Part shown: piece after piece, positions 51,811 through 64,000 of the stretch
Layout of the letters: every line of letters begins with the position of its first letter
Position numbering within the stretch: position 1 is the first letter of the stretch
Assembly (NCBI RefSeq): GCF_009834535.1
Contig: NC_045696.1
Span: forward strand, 118,980,001 to 119,044,000
Length of the DNA stretch: 64,000 bases
Reading direction: 5' to 3'
From: Camelus ferus
Lineage: Eukaryota
Notes under the pieces: model-generated
Database searches by the model: none
What the model saw: only the letters and a program-made list of their open reading frames with translations
What the model was told of the DNA's origin: nothing
Made by a program: the position numbers and the translations under genes

Positions 51811-52820
51811 GGGAACAGCTGAAACATTTAAGCACTTCCTCCATATTTTTACATCCTCTTTATGGGTGACCTGCCTTTCCCCTGTCCCCATTACCTTCCC
51901 CAGCAAAAGGCAGCCGAGCCTCTGGAAGGAGGAGGAGGACAACACCGGCAAGACCTAGAAAAGAAGAGGTGTCCCTTGTCGCACAGGTGCATGGTGGGAA
52001 GAAGAAAGGGGAGCACAGGCCAGGCTGTGAGGCCCCTGTGTCCTGACATCCTCACTCCAGGTCACAGGCCCAGAGGGCCAGGATGTGTCAGAAGAGGGGA
52101 GGAAAAGCCAAAAGCTGAGGGATCCTGAGGGGAGGGCCTCACCCATGAGCTGGCGGGCACGTGGAGTAATGGTGGTGGAGCTGGCTGGGCAAGGGTTAGG
52201 ACAGAGCCAGCCCTGAGCCCTCCCAGAGCCCCCTCGCCCCTTCTCAGACCCTTGCTGTGCCTTGTAGCATGGATTGTGGTGGGGCTTGCAGAGGGGTGTG
52301 GAGGTGGCCGCCGCCCAGACCCACTGTTACAGGAGTCTCAGGCTCCAGGGTCTACAGCCAGCAGGGGAGTTAGCCACTCTCAGGGACCCAGCCAGACTCC
52401 CCATGGTCATCAGCACAGGGAACCACCCGGTCACTCTACAGCCACAACCAGTGAGGGCCCAGTGTAGATCAGAGGCCCTTCCTCTCCCTCCAACATGAGG
52501 CCTTATAAAACCTCCATCTACCAGCTGCCATTTTTAAAAGAAACAGAAGGGAAGACTTAATCTGATCCTAAGACACAAATCGAATGAATTCACCCCAAAG
52601 GGGACTACTGATGTCAAGAGAGACTGAAATACTACCAACAGGGCAGTCAAGAGCTTTCCCCCTCCATTCACACCGTCCACTACCCCTCACACCCTGTGAC
52701 CCCACGGGGTTGAAGAAAGTTACACTTAAGGAAGTGGCCTCTTCTGTGTACATCTGAATGTGACATGGGTGGATACCAGACCTTAGTAACCCTTGCAGTA
52801 TCAATAGCAGTGGATTTTTT

Positions 52821-53456
52821 ACCCACTTCTGGGTATATATTCAGAGGGAACTCTGATTCAAAAAGACACCTGCACCCCAGTGTTCACAGCAGCACTACTT
52901 ACAATAGCCAAGATGTGCAAACAACCTAAATGTCCATCGACAGGTGACTGGATGAAGAAGTTGTGGTGTATTTATACGATGGAATACTACTCTGCCATAA
53001 AAAACAATAAAATAATGCCATTTGCAGCAACGTGGATGCACCTGGAGATCGTCATTCTAAGTGGAGAGAAAGAAAAATACCATATATCACTCATATGTGG
53101 AATCTGAAAAAAAAGAAAAAGAAAATAGGACAGTATGAATTCATCTACAGAACAGAAACAGATTTGCAGAAATAGTAAACAATCTTATGGTTAACAGGGA
53201 AAGGGAATGGGAAGGGATAAGTTTGGGAATTTGAGATTTGCAAATGTTAGCCACTATATATAAAAATAGATTTTAAAAAGTTTCTTCTGTATAGCACAGG
53301 AAACTATGTTCAACATCTTGTAATAACCTTTAATGAAAAAAAAATGAACATGAATATATGTATGTATATGCATGACTGGGACATTGTGCTGTACACCAGA
53401 AATTGACACATTGTAATTGACTACTTCAATTAAAACAAATAAACAAGCAAACAAAA
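52821..53456 (+). mobile_element. 5'-truncated young L1
   Basis: MFTAALLTIAK…[11 protein letters not shown] aatagcagtggatttt / aacagtggtggatttt. Confidence 0.92.
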
Positions 53457-56400
53457 AACAGTGGTGGATTTTTAAAGATGAGAAGTCTGTGTATCTGCTG
53501 CCAATACTGCGATAGGAAGGTGTGGTACTTATATAACCATGTCTTGAAGCACTTTGCTAAAACAACAGTGTTTATTTACTGGGTACAAGAGTACATTTTT
53601 CATGGCTCTAATGTAAATTAGACTGTTTCTGCTTGGAATAAAAACAAAAAATGTATCCCCCTTATTGTTATTTTGGAGACATCTGTGGTCCAGTTGCAGC
53701 ATCTGGAACCTGTTGAATCCAGCTCTTTCTACAAACAAAAAAAATTCTAATATTAACTTTGTTTTTTAGAGACATGGATATTTGCTTACACTGGGGCTGT
53801 TTGATATAAAATGTTTAGAGTGTTAGGAAAAAACAGATTTGTCTAATTTGTGGCTTGAAACAAAAGCTTTTGTGATACTGAATTCTGGAGAAATTTTGTT
53901 TTTACTTGCCAGGCTTGGCACAAATGCCCATTAAACATTTGATCTGTTAACAAAGTAGCATTCCTTTTAAACAATGAGCAGACATGTCAAAAAAACTCAA
54001 ATGACTTTAGACTTAAAACATAGCCAAGCAGTCTTTTATTCATCTTTTAATCATTGTCAATTAAATAGGAATTTTTTGAAGTTCTTTAAGGGGAAATATA
54101 ATTTGGTATCATGTATGCTTAAAATTGTTAAACTTTCCTATGAGATTAATACTATTCTGAGTTAAAAAGAAGTCAAGATCCAAATTTTACACTATTCAAT
54201 GAAGGCCAGTGTTAATGTTTCTAATGTTAAAGTTTATGTGCAGCACAGCTTTAGCCAAAAGAAGGAAATTAAGAAATATGTACAAAGAAGCCAAATATAC
54301 TTTTTCCTGATTGCTTCTTTGGAAATTAACTTATCTCTTTTCAGATTCTGAAAGTAATTCACGTCCTATGCGGAAAATTTGAAAGATTTAGATTAATATG
54401 ATGATGGCAGACCCATAGCACCACCTCTTAGAGATGATACAACCACTCTTTTTATATTGGAGTATATCTCTTTATTCTTTTGTCAATTTGCTATAGTTCA
54501 GAAGATTATAAATTTATCAGACCAGCCATCTGGAACTGCCTTTTGCTAATCTGATAGATACTATATCACCATGTTTTTCCTTTCATCTGCTCTGGAACAG
54601 TTAAAAATATTAACTAAAAAAGAGTAGCGACCAACCAGCCAGTCAATCACTCAACAAGTATTAGGGATGCTCATCACCCCTCGTGGTTAATACTCGTTTA
54701 AGAACTACAGGAAAGAGAGTACCCAGTTGATTTCTGCCTGGAGGAATTTACAGGCTACATGCCAGGTGAGACTAACATGTGTGAAATCATTAAAAAAAAA
54801 TAGGACAGCAAATACTATAATAGCTATTATCAGTGATTATTAATTGAGACCATTTAAGTGAGTCTCCAGCTTAATCAGGCTCATCTGATTTCAAGAAATA
54901 GAAACCCACTACAAGGAGACTTCCTGGAAAGATGACAAGCTCTACCATCAAATGTAAGGCACCAAGGCACTGGCATCGGGAGCCGCTGATTGTTGAGTTC
55001 TTAATTCAGATACTAATGGGAGAGAATCTGACTGACCCAGTTGAGTTCAACGTTCATTCCCAGCTGTAGCCAGAACTCACGTGACATCCTGAGTTACCCA
55101 AAGGGCAGACACGGCTGACACCTGTTTCACAGCCATCCCCTCTTCTTCCTTGACAATAGATCCCACTTCTGGATTCAAGCAGGAATGTGCCCAAGCCCAC
55201 AGGGATGAATCAGGACTGGTTCAGGTCAGTTATTATAAATGTATTTCCCTTTTGCCAGATATGCACTTACCCAGACCCCACTCTGAGCTGGAAGTGGACA
55301 CATTGCACAGATCTGGCCAATAAGATACAAAACAAGTCTACTACGAAAGATTTTCCTCCCAAATAAAAGAGAGGTGTCAGAGGAGAGTTCCTTCCTTCCT
55401 TCCATGAGGATAAGTCATGCTTTATGGTACCAACCAAAGAATCCCAGAGGTGCAAGTTCAGAGCCCTGATATCACTGAGCCTTGACACCAGCACTGGCAC
55501 TGCTCACATCCAGACTTCATATTTACGAGGTGTTTTTTTTTAATCAGTATTATTTAATCACTTCTAGTCAGGCATTTTGTCACCTAGATCCCAAAAGCAC
55601 CCCAACAGTAGTTATCTCTTTCGGGGCTGTGGTAGGAATAGGTTCTCTCAGAAGTGGGTTGAGGACGGGAAGGAAAATACTGGCACATCTGGTGCTGCTT
55701 TTTACCGTCCGGGAACCAGACACCTATCCTTCCGTCTACCCTCTCCTTCCACTGATCCTCTAAGTATGACCCCCCCCTTTCACAGAGAAGAACACAGAGC
55801 TTCAGGGAGGTAAACAACTGCCCCTCCTCCCATCGTTAAGTGCTGGACACAACACAAACGCAACGTAAATCCAAGGACGGGCTAACCTCCTGCCCCAGTT
55901 GCACAGGTGTTACCACCCAAAATCGCACGTTACGTCCTCTGGGCACTGAAATGGCTATGAGAGAGGAAGATAAAGGTGGGAGAGACAGAACACTTCACAG
56001 AGGAGAGGAGGCTTGATTAGGCTTTCCAGAAGAGGGAGAGTTCAGAGAGGAAGCGCAAAGCCGGGTGGGAGTTCTACGTGGAAGGACTACAGAAGGCAGC
56101 ACGAGAAGGGCATGCTGCTGGGACAGTCTGATTTTGGCTACGGAGCTCACATATTCAAGGGCTCTAAGAGTCGGGCTGAGAAGGTAAAGTTTAACATGCT
56201 AAAGCTGGAACCAGGGCATGCTGGAAGGTTTGTGAGCAGAGCAGGAGGGCAACACGCTGACAGTAGTGTCTGACGGAGGTTTAGGTGCCATGGACTCCAG
56301 TCACAGAGCCGTTGGAATCATTCAGGCACAGAACCAAGAGACTGTGCCTTGATTTTTTTAGCCAAGGGTATGTCCTACGGTCTAAAAGAAAGTGGTAAGA

Positions 56401-57179
56401 ACATAAAGGAAGATCTGTTAGAGAATCAGTTTAAAGGAAACCAGAACTTGTTGACTGACCTGATATGGAAAATGGCAAGTGTTTCCCTCAACTATCTTTT
56501 TCTTTTCTTTTCTTTTTAAAAAAGTATGTGTAGTCTCTCTTTTCTGTGTCTTTTCTTTCCTTATTCTCTAATTTTCTTTCAACTTGTGCTCCAGTCTTCT
56601 GTCCTTTCACTTCCTTTTCCTCGTCCAGGCTGGCTGAAATGCTGGCTGCGGCTACAAAAAACAAAACATTTTGCCAAAAGGGAAGCCACAGTAGTTCTAA
56701 AATTATAGACAGATTTTTTTTTCCGTCCATTCCACATAGGACCCAGGAAAACCCTTAGTGGGGAAAAAGAAACATCACAGCTTCGCCTTTTGAGGTGATG
56801 AGAGATGAATTTGTTGGAATCAGTCACGTTTTCTGAGCCTTAGATGTGAGCTCTAGACGCTGCTCCTGTGAATGTCGTGTTTATTCACCTGAAGTCTCCC
56901 TCCTTTCTCTGCAGATAATCTCACTCTAAATAGAGGGGACCACAGAACAGAACTTCAAAAGTTGTTGGATCTTACCATATTGCTGCCCTCAGCAGATTTC
57001 TTTGGGGTTTTTTAGGCAATGGCCTAAAAATACCTGAATAAATAGAAAAGCTCTTTAGAAATCATACCCTCTAACAGTTTTCTCTGTCTTTGGCAATTCC
57101 GAGTTCCTAAAAAAAAAAAAAAAAAAAAAAAAAGTTCTTTGAAAGTGAAGATTTAACTGATTCAAGTAAGAGCTCTTAC

Positions 57180-57315
57180 CTGGTTTGTCAGGAGGACGTC
57201 CAAGAACAGGTTGATGTTCAAAGGCACTAAAAGGTTCAAGAGCTGTTGTTTACACCAGATATTTCCTTTTCTCTCGTTTGTGGCTAACATCTCTTCAGTT
57301 GAGAGAAAGTAATTC
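57180..57315 (-). pseudogene. 136-nt exon, RGSL1/RGS22-like
   Basis: gttgccttcgtttccAG acceptor, CAG|GTAAGA donor; open frame NYFLSTEEMLATNERKGNIWCKQQLLNLLVPLNINLFLDVLLTNQ. Confidence 0.7.
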
Positions 57316-57419
57316 CTGGAAACGAAGGCAACTCTAATTCTTTACACAGGACTAGAACTTCAAGGAGGCACCAATACCGCCACACACTCTGCCCAAGGGG
57401 CTGAGGAGGAAAAGAAAGA

Positions 57420-58330
57420 AGCCGGACTCCAACAAAACAATACACAAAAGACAAGCAGCCCAAAGGAAAATGGCCAAAGGCTGTGAACAGGCGGGAAGAA
57501 GGACCTGGTGAGTTAACAGACAGCAGAAGGAGGCTGGGCACCATGAGCAGCCAGGGAAACGCAAAGCCAAGTGAAAATGAGGCTGCAAAGTTCAAGGGTA
57601 GTAGGGGCCATATTGCCAAGTGAACAGACAAATACACTCACAGCTGTAAATCGGTATGTATCCGCGCAGCACTTTAAAGGGCAGCTTCCTGCTACCTAGT
57701 AAGACTGGAAACGTGCGTATCCCACGACCCAGGGGTTACAATTCTTGGCGCTCACTACAGAAAAATACTCTTGTGGCCCCAATAGACAGGCCCATTGCGT
57801 ATTATTGATGGCAATGAAAAAGTGAAAACAACCTAAACGTCCATTGACCAGGGAATAGCTAAGTAACGATGGGATATCTATATTATGTAAAATTATGTCC
57901 CAGTTAAAAGGTATTAGGTAGATCTAAACATTGACATGAGAAGCCTCTGGGGCGTATTGTTAAAAGAAAAAGATCTACTTGCAAGATGCATCTGGCATGA
58001 TACCCTTTGTGTTACATACAACAAAGTAGTACACATTCTAAATATACATAGAGTTTATAATTGCAAATACATAGCGTAAGTGGTACGCATTTTCCACAAG
58101 TATACTGAAGAGCAAGTACTTTTTCCATTAGGACAAGTATTTTCTATGAGCACAAAGAGCAAATATCTCATGTAAGTACACAAAAGGGGATGCTGCGCAA
58201 AAAGTCTTCAAGGATTCATAGTTCAGTGCTTACCTCTGGGGAGGGGTCTGGGATGCAGAGTTGGGGGTCAAAAGCGGCTTCAGCCTTTTCTTGAATGTTT
58301 TTAATTTCTTTAAGAAAATAAAACATATTC
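57420..58330 (+). mobile_element. Old L1ME-like 3' region
   Basis: acaacctaaacgtccatt…; tacctctggggagg; highly diverged. Confidence 0.6.
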
Positions 58331-58979
58331 TTCCATATTCTCAAAAATGGATAAGGAGAAGGAAACGTTTAAATATGGAAAGAGCACCACTATGGAAGTG
58401 GAGGTGAAAAGTGACCAGGGCTGAGGAAAAGAGGAGACGGGTGAGCCCTACCAGACTTTCTCCCTGCTCCCCCACGAGGAAAACTGCTTCTGCTTCTCCC
58501 ATTTGCCAAGTCTGCTCAGTGATGCCTCTTGACTCAGAAAAAGCAGCTTCAAAGCCACTGGGAGGAGCACATGCATGAGCAGGGAGCCAGCAGTGGGAAC
58601 CGAGGCTCTGGAGACGAGGCTGTCACACACTTTAGATGTGGGGAAAAGGACTAGGAGATACTCTGCAAGGCAAAATTCAGAGGTAAATTTCGGTTAATCA
58701 GGTAACGTCCTCAAAGGCCAATTGTGTTGGAGAAACTCACTGGTGTAGGTTGGTTTGTGCGTAGAGTTGGGGGGTTGGTTTCTTCTTGATGGAACCTCTG
58801 AAGTCCTGATCCTGGCCCTATTTATTAATATGGGTATATCAGAAATTTTTTTAAAAAACTTTTTTTCTTTTTAATGAGAAAAGACTTGCAGCCTTCCTGT
58901 TTACTTGGCTGCTCTCATATAAACCAGAGATTTCATTTGTCCCACTGTATTAGCTATTTCTTCTTCGACGGAGTTTGCT

Positions 58980-59240
58980 AGGATAGCATAATTGTTAAGA
59001 ACTCAGACTCAGAAGCCAGACTGGATTAAAACTGCCACTCTGATCTTTACCAACTGTGTGATCTTGGGCAAGGTGTTTGACCTCTCTGTGCCTCTGTTTC
59101 CTTCTCTATAAAATGGGGATGGTAATCATAGGATCTATTATTGTTATAAAGATTGGACAAACTAATAGAAATAAAACAGAGCAGTGCCTGGTACATAAGA
59201 AACATCATATCCATATCAGTGATTTTTGTCATCATTATTA
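58980..59240 (+). mobile_element. MIR
   Basis: ctgtgtgatcttgggcaag…ctctctgtgcctctgtttcc…aaaatgggga…agtgcctggtacata. Confidence 0.85.
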
Positions 59241-59692
59241 ACTCTAACAAGTCAGTCACTTTCGTGGTTATACGTTTAGGCCGGTCTTACAAGGCCACTG
59301 TGAAGATTAGGTCACCTTGGTTCAGGCCAATCTCCAAATTCAGGCAACTTGCTTAGGAGATTAAGTGCTGAATGAATAAACAATTATGTAGGTACTAGGG
59401 TTAAAAGTGAACAAGCAGGGCTTAAGCAACACTGCTCAGTGGACAGACATCCCTGCAAGTATGCACACGTGCACTCAAGATGCGTGTTGCCATCCTGAGC
59501 CATGTGAACACAGGCGCTAGAGAAGCTAAGCTACCATACCTTGAGATTTAAATGGGACTGCCTCAAACTCCAGCCCATGTGCAGTTGGAATAGCACACAG
59601 GTCTCTTCCTCTCTCTGGGAATTCTGAATATGATTTATGCATTTCCAGGTCATTTCTGGCTCCAAGCTTCTGTTCCTGATGAATTATTTCAC

Positions 59693-59858
59693 CCGCGGAT
59701 CGTCCTGCTGCAGACCATGCAGTCCCTGTCTATACGGTGTTGCCACAGAGAGAGCAAAGATGCCCTTCCTTGATATCCCTCACAAAATGCCACTGGCACA
59801 AAGCCTCTGTGATGCAGCAGTATCTTACAAAAGGTCGGAAGCAATACAGGGCATTATG
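59693..59858 (-). pseudogene. RGS-like exon remnant
   Basis: ctctttgctctgactttatAG acceptor; HNALYCFRPFVRYCCITEALCQWHFVRDIKE, followed by an in-frame TAG. Confidence 0.6.
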
Positions 59859-60334
59859 CTATAAAGTCAGAGCAAAGAGCCATAAATTTTTCAGCTATTA
59901 AATCAATTCTTCAAAGACCTTTGGCTGATCTCACTCACCACCTCTCTGGTCAATGTTCTTTGTTGCAAGCAACAGCCACAGAGGTTTTGGCTGATCTAAA
60001 CAGGAAAGGAATCTCACATGCTGGTCCAGTGAAGAAGCTTCAGCTGTTACTGCTGGACACTGAATTGCACCAAGGCCTGCACAACTGACAGCAATGGACA
60101 TTGCTGGTCTAACTGATGCCAGGGCTGCGGCTGCCACCTTTCTCTCTGCAGTCACTGCTTTGTGGCATCATCAGTTCCCTATTCAGAACGTACAGTGGGT
60201 GCATCTCCTTGGTGTTGTATAGGTCCCGTGCCCAGGTCTAGCTGCAAGAGAGGCTGGGAAAGCAGTCCCTCCCTAGTAGGTGAGGGATTCTCAAATCCAA
60301 GAATGCAAGTTGTTTACAGCAAATGTTCTCTGTG

Positions 60335-60495
60335 TCAGTGCTTCCTGAACTCTAATGTGCTTGCGAGCCATCTGGAGATCTTGTCAACATGCAGATTCTG
60401 ATCAGTAAGTCTAGGGTGGTGCCTGAGATTCCGTAACACTGCGCTGATGCAAAGCTGCTGGTCTGAGCACCACGCTTTGAGTAGCAAATCTCTAC
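60335..60495. mobile_element. MER5A-like MITE
   Basis: catctggagatcttgtcaacatgcagattctgatcagta…ccacgctttgagtagca. Confidence 0.8.
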
Positions 60496-61436
60496 AACAA
60501 AATTCAGTTGCACAGTAACTTAAGAAACATTTTTTTTTTTTTTAATTCCAACGTCTGGGTTTCATCCTCAGCTGACTTACTTGGTCTGGGGTAAGTTTTG
60601 GGAATATGAACTTTTAAATGGCTCCAGATGATTCCAAGGTACTCTGATAGCAACTATCACTGCAGGCTCTAACTTCTTGTCACCTTGCTAGATTATTTCT
60701 TTTTTCTAAATTCCCATACTTTCACTTTTCCAGCCTTGCTTGGTTTCCCCTTCAAATTCAATTACCCTCATTTATCATGCAAAACAATTTGACAGCCCTC
60801 CTCCCAGTTCCCTGGACCTAACTTTGCATATCCAGAGACTGGATAAAGAGCTCTCCTAATCCAGTAGTATGTTACCTGTTGCTCTTGGAAATTGTGATTT
60901 GAAGTGATCCATGGACAAATATTGTTTTAAATTTTAGTTATATATTTTAATGTGCATTGCTTATAAATGTAACTAACAAAATAAATGTGAGTTCATAGGT
61001 ATTTTTGCTCAGGACAAGTCAGTTTTTTTTAAATTACATAAATAATAATATAGAGATTCAAAGCAGATACCTAAGTTATGAAACTGGTCTGCAAATGAAT
61101 GAAGTTTGAGAGTGTTTATATTGCTAATTGTAAGCCTTCTATCCAAAGTCACTGGCTTTAGTAGCACAAAGGAACTGGCAGAGGAGTTTAAAAATATCAG
61201 TCTTTTTTCTTCTCACTTCTCTATCAGTCTCTGGAGGATAAAGCAATATAGAGATTTATTTCTGAATTTATGTGAATTATACCACTAATCTTAATACAGT
61301 AAAATGGTTACAGTTTTGATCTTAAATAATAATTCTTTTTCTCTACATTAAGTGAAGATTTCATAGAGTTTTAAGAAAATACCACCTACCTTTGAAAAAG
61401 TCATGAGCTAGACAGAAATAACTAAGAATTGCTTAC

Positions 61437-61522
61437 AGAATATGAAAAATAGGTTAAATTCCTTAATCGGTTAATCTTTGACAAGAAAATGGGTGATTTT
61501 TTAAGAATTGTTGAAAGCTAAT
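61437..61522 (-). pseudogene. RGS22/RGSL1 N-terminal-like exon remnant
   Basis: FQQFLKNHP/FLV…EFNLFF ending at a GTAAG donor; resembles the recalled FLVDYFNEFLSLP motif. Confidence 0.5.
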
Positions 61523-62100
61523 CTACAAATCCAGGGATCCCAAAACTCCTAAGCAGGAGAAATTTTTAAAACTCTACACTTTTTCACACCATTGTAAAAT
61601 TTCAGCAAAGAAAAACAGATCTTAACCAGCAATTAGATTGACAGCGGATTTCTCAGTAGCAACAGAAACCAGAAGATAACAGAATAACATGTTCAGTATT
61701 CGGAGGGAAAAAAATGACAACCGCTAACCTAGAATTATATATCCAGTAGAATTATCTTCAATGAACAAGGGCAAAATAACAGTATTTCGGGTGGGAAAAA
61801 AACTGAGTTTACCACACATCACACTCATTAAACGAAATTCTATAGAATTTACTATGGGCACAAGGAAAACAATCCAGAAGATCTGAGATAGGCAAAGAAA
61901 TGGTAAGCAAAACATTTTCACATGTGGTTTCACACATGCAGATGAGTCTCAAACCATGATGTCTAACTCATAGAAGAAACAGGATAGAACTAAAATAGTG
62001 ATTAATAATAGCTTATAAATTGGAAGGGGTGTGCAGACCTTTGAATTATTCAAGAGAAAAGACAGCAGTTTTAGATTGTTTACAAGTTATAAAATAGTAG
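61520..62100 (+). mobile_element. Old L1 ORF1 C-terminal fragment
   Basis: Translates IRLTADFSVAT…PRIIYPVELS…KGKITVF. Confidence 0.8.
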
Positions 62101-63579
62101 AAAAATCACCTTAAATAAAATATAGTGTATGACTCCAAGTAAGTTGAGAAAAAGACACACACTCTCACGTGCACATATACACACACCCCAAAAGAAGCTT
62201 CTCTGTAAATTTCTAGCATTTAATCTTCATTGTCAACCATTCTTATTCATGGTAAACAGTATTTTATAATTTTTCATTGTGAGCTTAACTTTAAAGGGTT
62301 TTTTCCTCATGAGAATCCCTTTCAGCCTTCTATGGAAGCATCCCTCCAGGCTGGTTTTATGCTTGTTTCTGCCAGGCTTTCCAACTGCACCTTATCTGCG
62401 GGGGGGGGCGCGCAAGGTTAAAAGGAATTAATTTCTAGGTTTTGAAATTCCAACACACGAGTGCTATAAATTTAAACTCCAAATTCGTGAGATGCAAGTC
62501 TAGGGTTTTTTAATTTCATCAGAGTTAAATAATTTTCTTTCTTTTCATCCAGAAATGGGACGAGCTTCCTCACCTGCTCCTCCACGGGGTGTTTTACATT
62601 TTCCCCCATCCATTTTTTTCCTGAGGGTCAATGAATGGCTTTTTATAGTGTACAAGTTCCAGCTCCCAGCGTGAGCTACTCCAAACCCTCACCTCCTCCT
62701 CTGTACATTCAGGCCTCAAGTTACAGAGACTGACAACACCTTGCCCACACCTAAGATGACCAATTTCCTGGTCTGCTTTAGACCTGGCTTCCAAGGATGT
62801 GGGGGTTTTCAGTGCTAACACCAGGAAGGCCCAGGGAAACTACACCCCAGCCCTCATACGGATGGCCTGGGAAGAATCAGTTCAACAAGTCATTGCTCTG
62901 ATTTTCAGTTTATTTACGTTTCTGGCATCTTGGGATTTCCCTTCATTTATGAGTTTAACAGCACATTCGAAATAAGGTTAGTTATTATCCAGTAATGCTA
63001 GGTGTTTGTGCTCAGTTTTCCAGTTACACAAACCCACCATTTTGCCAGCTTCCCCAAATAACATTTTATTGCTTTTTATCAGCACCATTAGCACAAAAGC
63101 GATGTTTGAGGATAAAGTCACAGCCAGGTACAGGTACACCCTGTGGATAAAAGGTACTGGAGTGGTTCCCAACCTTGTGCGATTTGCTCCACCAACTGCC
63201 CCACGTCTCACGCCTGCTCTCGGCCCTGTTTCTCTGAACTTGAGAATGTTCTAGAACTCTCTAAGCAGGCCTAGCTTCCTCCTGTGAGGCCTAGAAGAAA
63301 AATTCTCCCCCTGGCAATTTATACTCCCCGGGCCAAGAAATGTTGGACTGTTCCGTTCTCTCCTACATCTTGGGGACCTGGCAATTGTAGGTCCATATAA
63401 GTGTTTCTATAAAGAATGAACATCTCAAAAGCCAAGCGGGCCTGCCCTAGCTGGTGTTTCTTCCAATCCAACCCCATCTCCCTCAGACGTGACAGAAAGT
63501 CGTCCAAGTTTCTGGATGTTTGATGTCTCTCTCCCTGTTCTCCACATGTGTTTCTATTTTCTCTTTCTGTAGGCATTTC

Positions 63580-64000
63580 AGTCGATTTGGGGGCCGCTGT
63601 GAGGGACAATCGCAATTTGGCTAATCCTGTGCGTTCAGGGCGCCATTTTGAAACTAGCGCCCGGACACATAAACTTCTTTTTTTCATTTTAACATATATT
63701 TGCGTATGCGTACTTATTTCAGGAGTGCTTCTAAAACACTTTTGGGGTGACTTGCGCGTCTGTGGGTCTGCGGGCCCGCCTGCGTGGGGACGGCGCTCCC
63801 TGGGGCCACGCCGCCGGCCCGCGCGCACCCCCTACGCACCCCCCTACCGAGCGCCGTCGTGCCTCGTGAGCCCCCCCGCTTGGGGGCAGCGACGCTGCCA
63901 CCCATTGGCTGAGGAGGCTCCAACGAGCCCCCGTGCCGGGCGCAGGAGCCACCCCCGGGCGCCCCGAGAGCCACGCCTCAGTCCGCCCGCGCCCCTCGGC
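63580..64000. promoter_or_regulatory. CpG-island promoter edge
   Basis: Sharp rise in GC and CpG; YY1 motif CGCCATTTTG (63641-63650); inverted CCAAT box cccattggct (63901-63910); GC box ccgccc (~63983). Confidence 0.85.

Larger units (their letters stand above)
4010..61522 (-). pseudogene. Decayed multi-exon RGS22/RGSL1-family (multi-RGS-domain) gene remnant
   Basis: Collinear minus-strand fragments, several with AG/GT splice sites, resemble RGS22/RGSL1 motifs in N-to-C order. Examples: NYFLSTEEMLATNERKG (57.3k), FIEQMGHPNLNTSVDFC (51.3k), ENFTDVL (12.2k), LQGVCSLLESKW (11.2k), LERGLSWL (4.05k). Many stops, frameshifts and TE insertions. Comparison from memory only. Confidence 0.7.

Noticed and set aside
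58741..58817. Small minus-strand exon with GTGAGT donor
   Set aside because: Poor acceptor and no recognisable homology.
4010..61522. Naming the remnant RGSL1 or RGS22
   Set aside because: Similarity is far below that expected for a mammalian orthologue and the architecture mixes both genes, so no symbol is assigned.
63319..63974. Long ORFs at the right edge
   Set aside because: Explained by stop-codon depletion in the GC-rich island; no recognisable protein.
1..64000. CRISPR arrays, rRNA, prokaryotic operons
   Set aside because: Mammalian repeat-rich DNA; no such patterns seen.

Overview
Mammalian genomic DNA, most likely camelid (three Vic-1-type tRNA-Ala-derived SINEs and artiodactyl-type L1 3' ends). 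About half the window is interspersed repeat: L1, L2, MIR, MaLR/ERVL/ERV1 solo LTRs and hAT MERs, several of them nested with readable target-site duplications (TSDs). I find no intact protein-coding gene; the only clearly protein-derived long ORFs are broken L1 ORF2 pieces. The main hidden signal lies in the unique DNA between repeats. A collinear chain of about 15 decayed minus-strand exon remnants (~61.5 kb down to ~4 kb) resembles the RGS22/RGSL1 family of multi-RGS-domain proteins. The remnants carry stops and frameshifts, and MIR, L2, MER3 and LTR insertions fall inside apparent coding sequence. This suggests an ancient unitary pseudogene of a lost RGS22/RGSL1 paralogue. A CpG-island promoter starts at the right edge. 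Protein comparisons were made by eye against human sequences recalled from memory, and repeat subfamily names are approximate; no searches were run.
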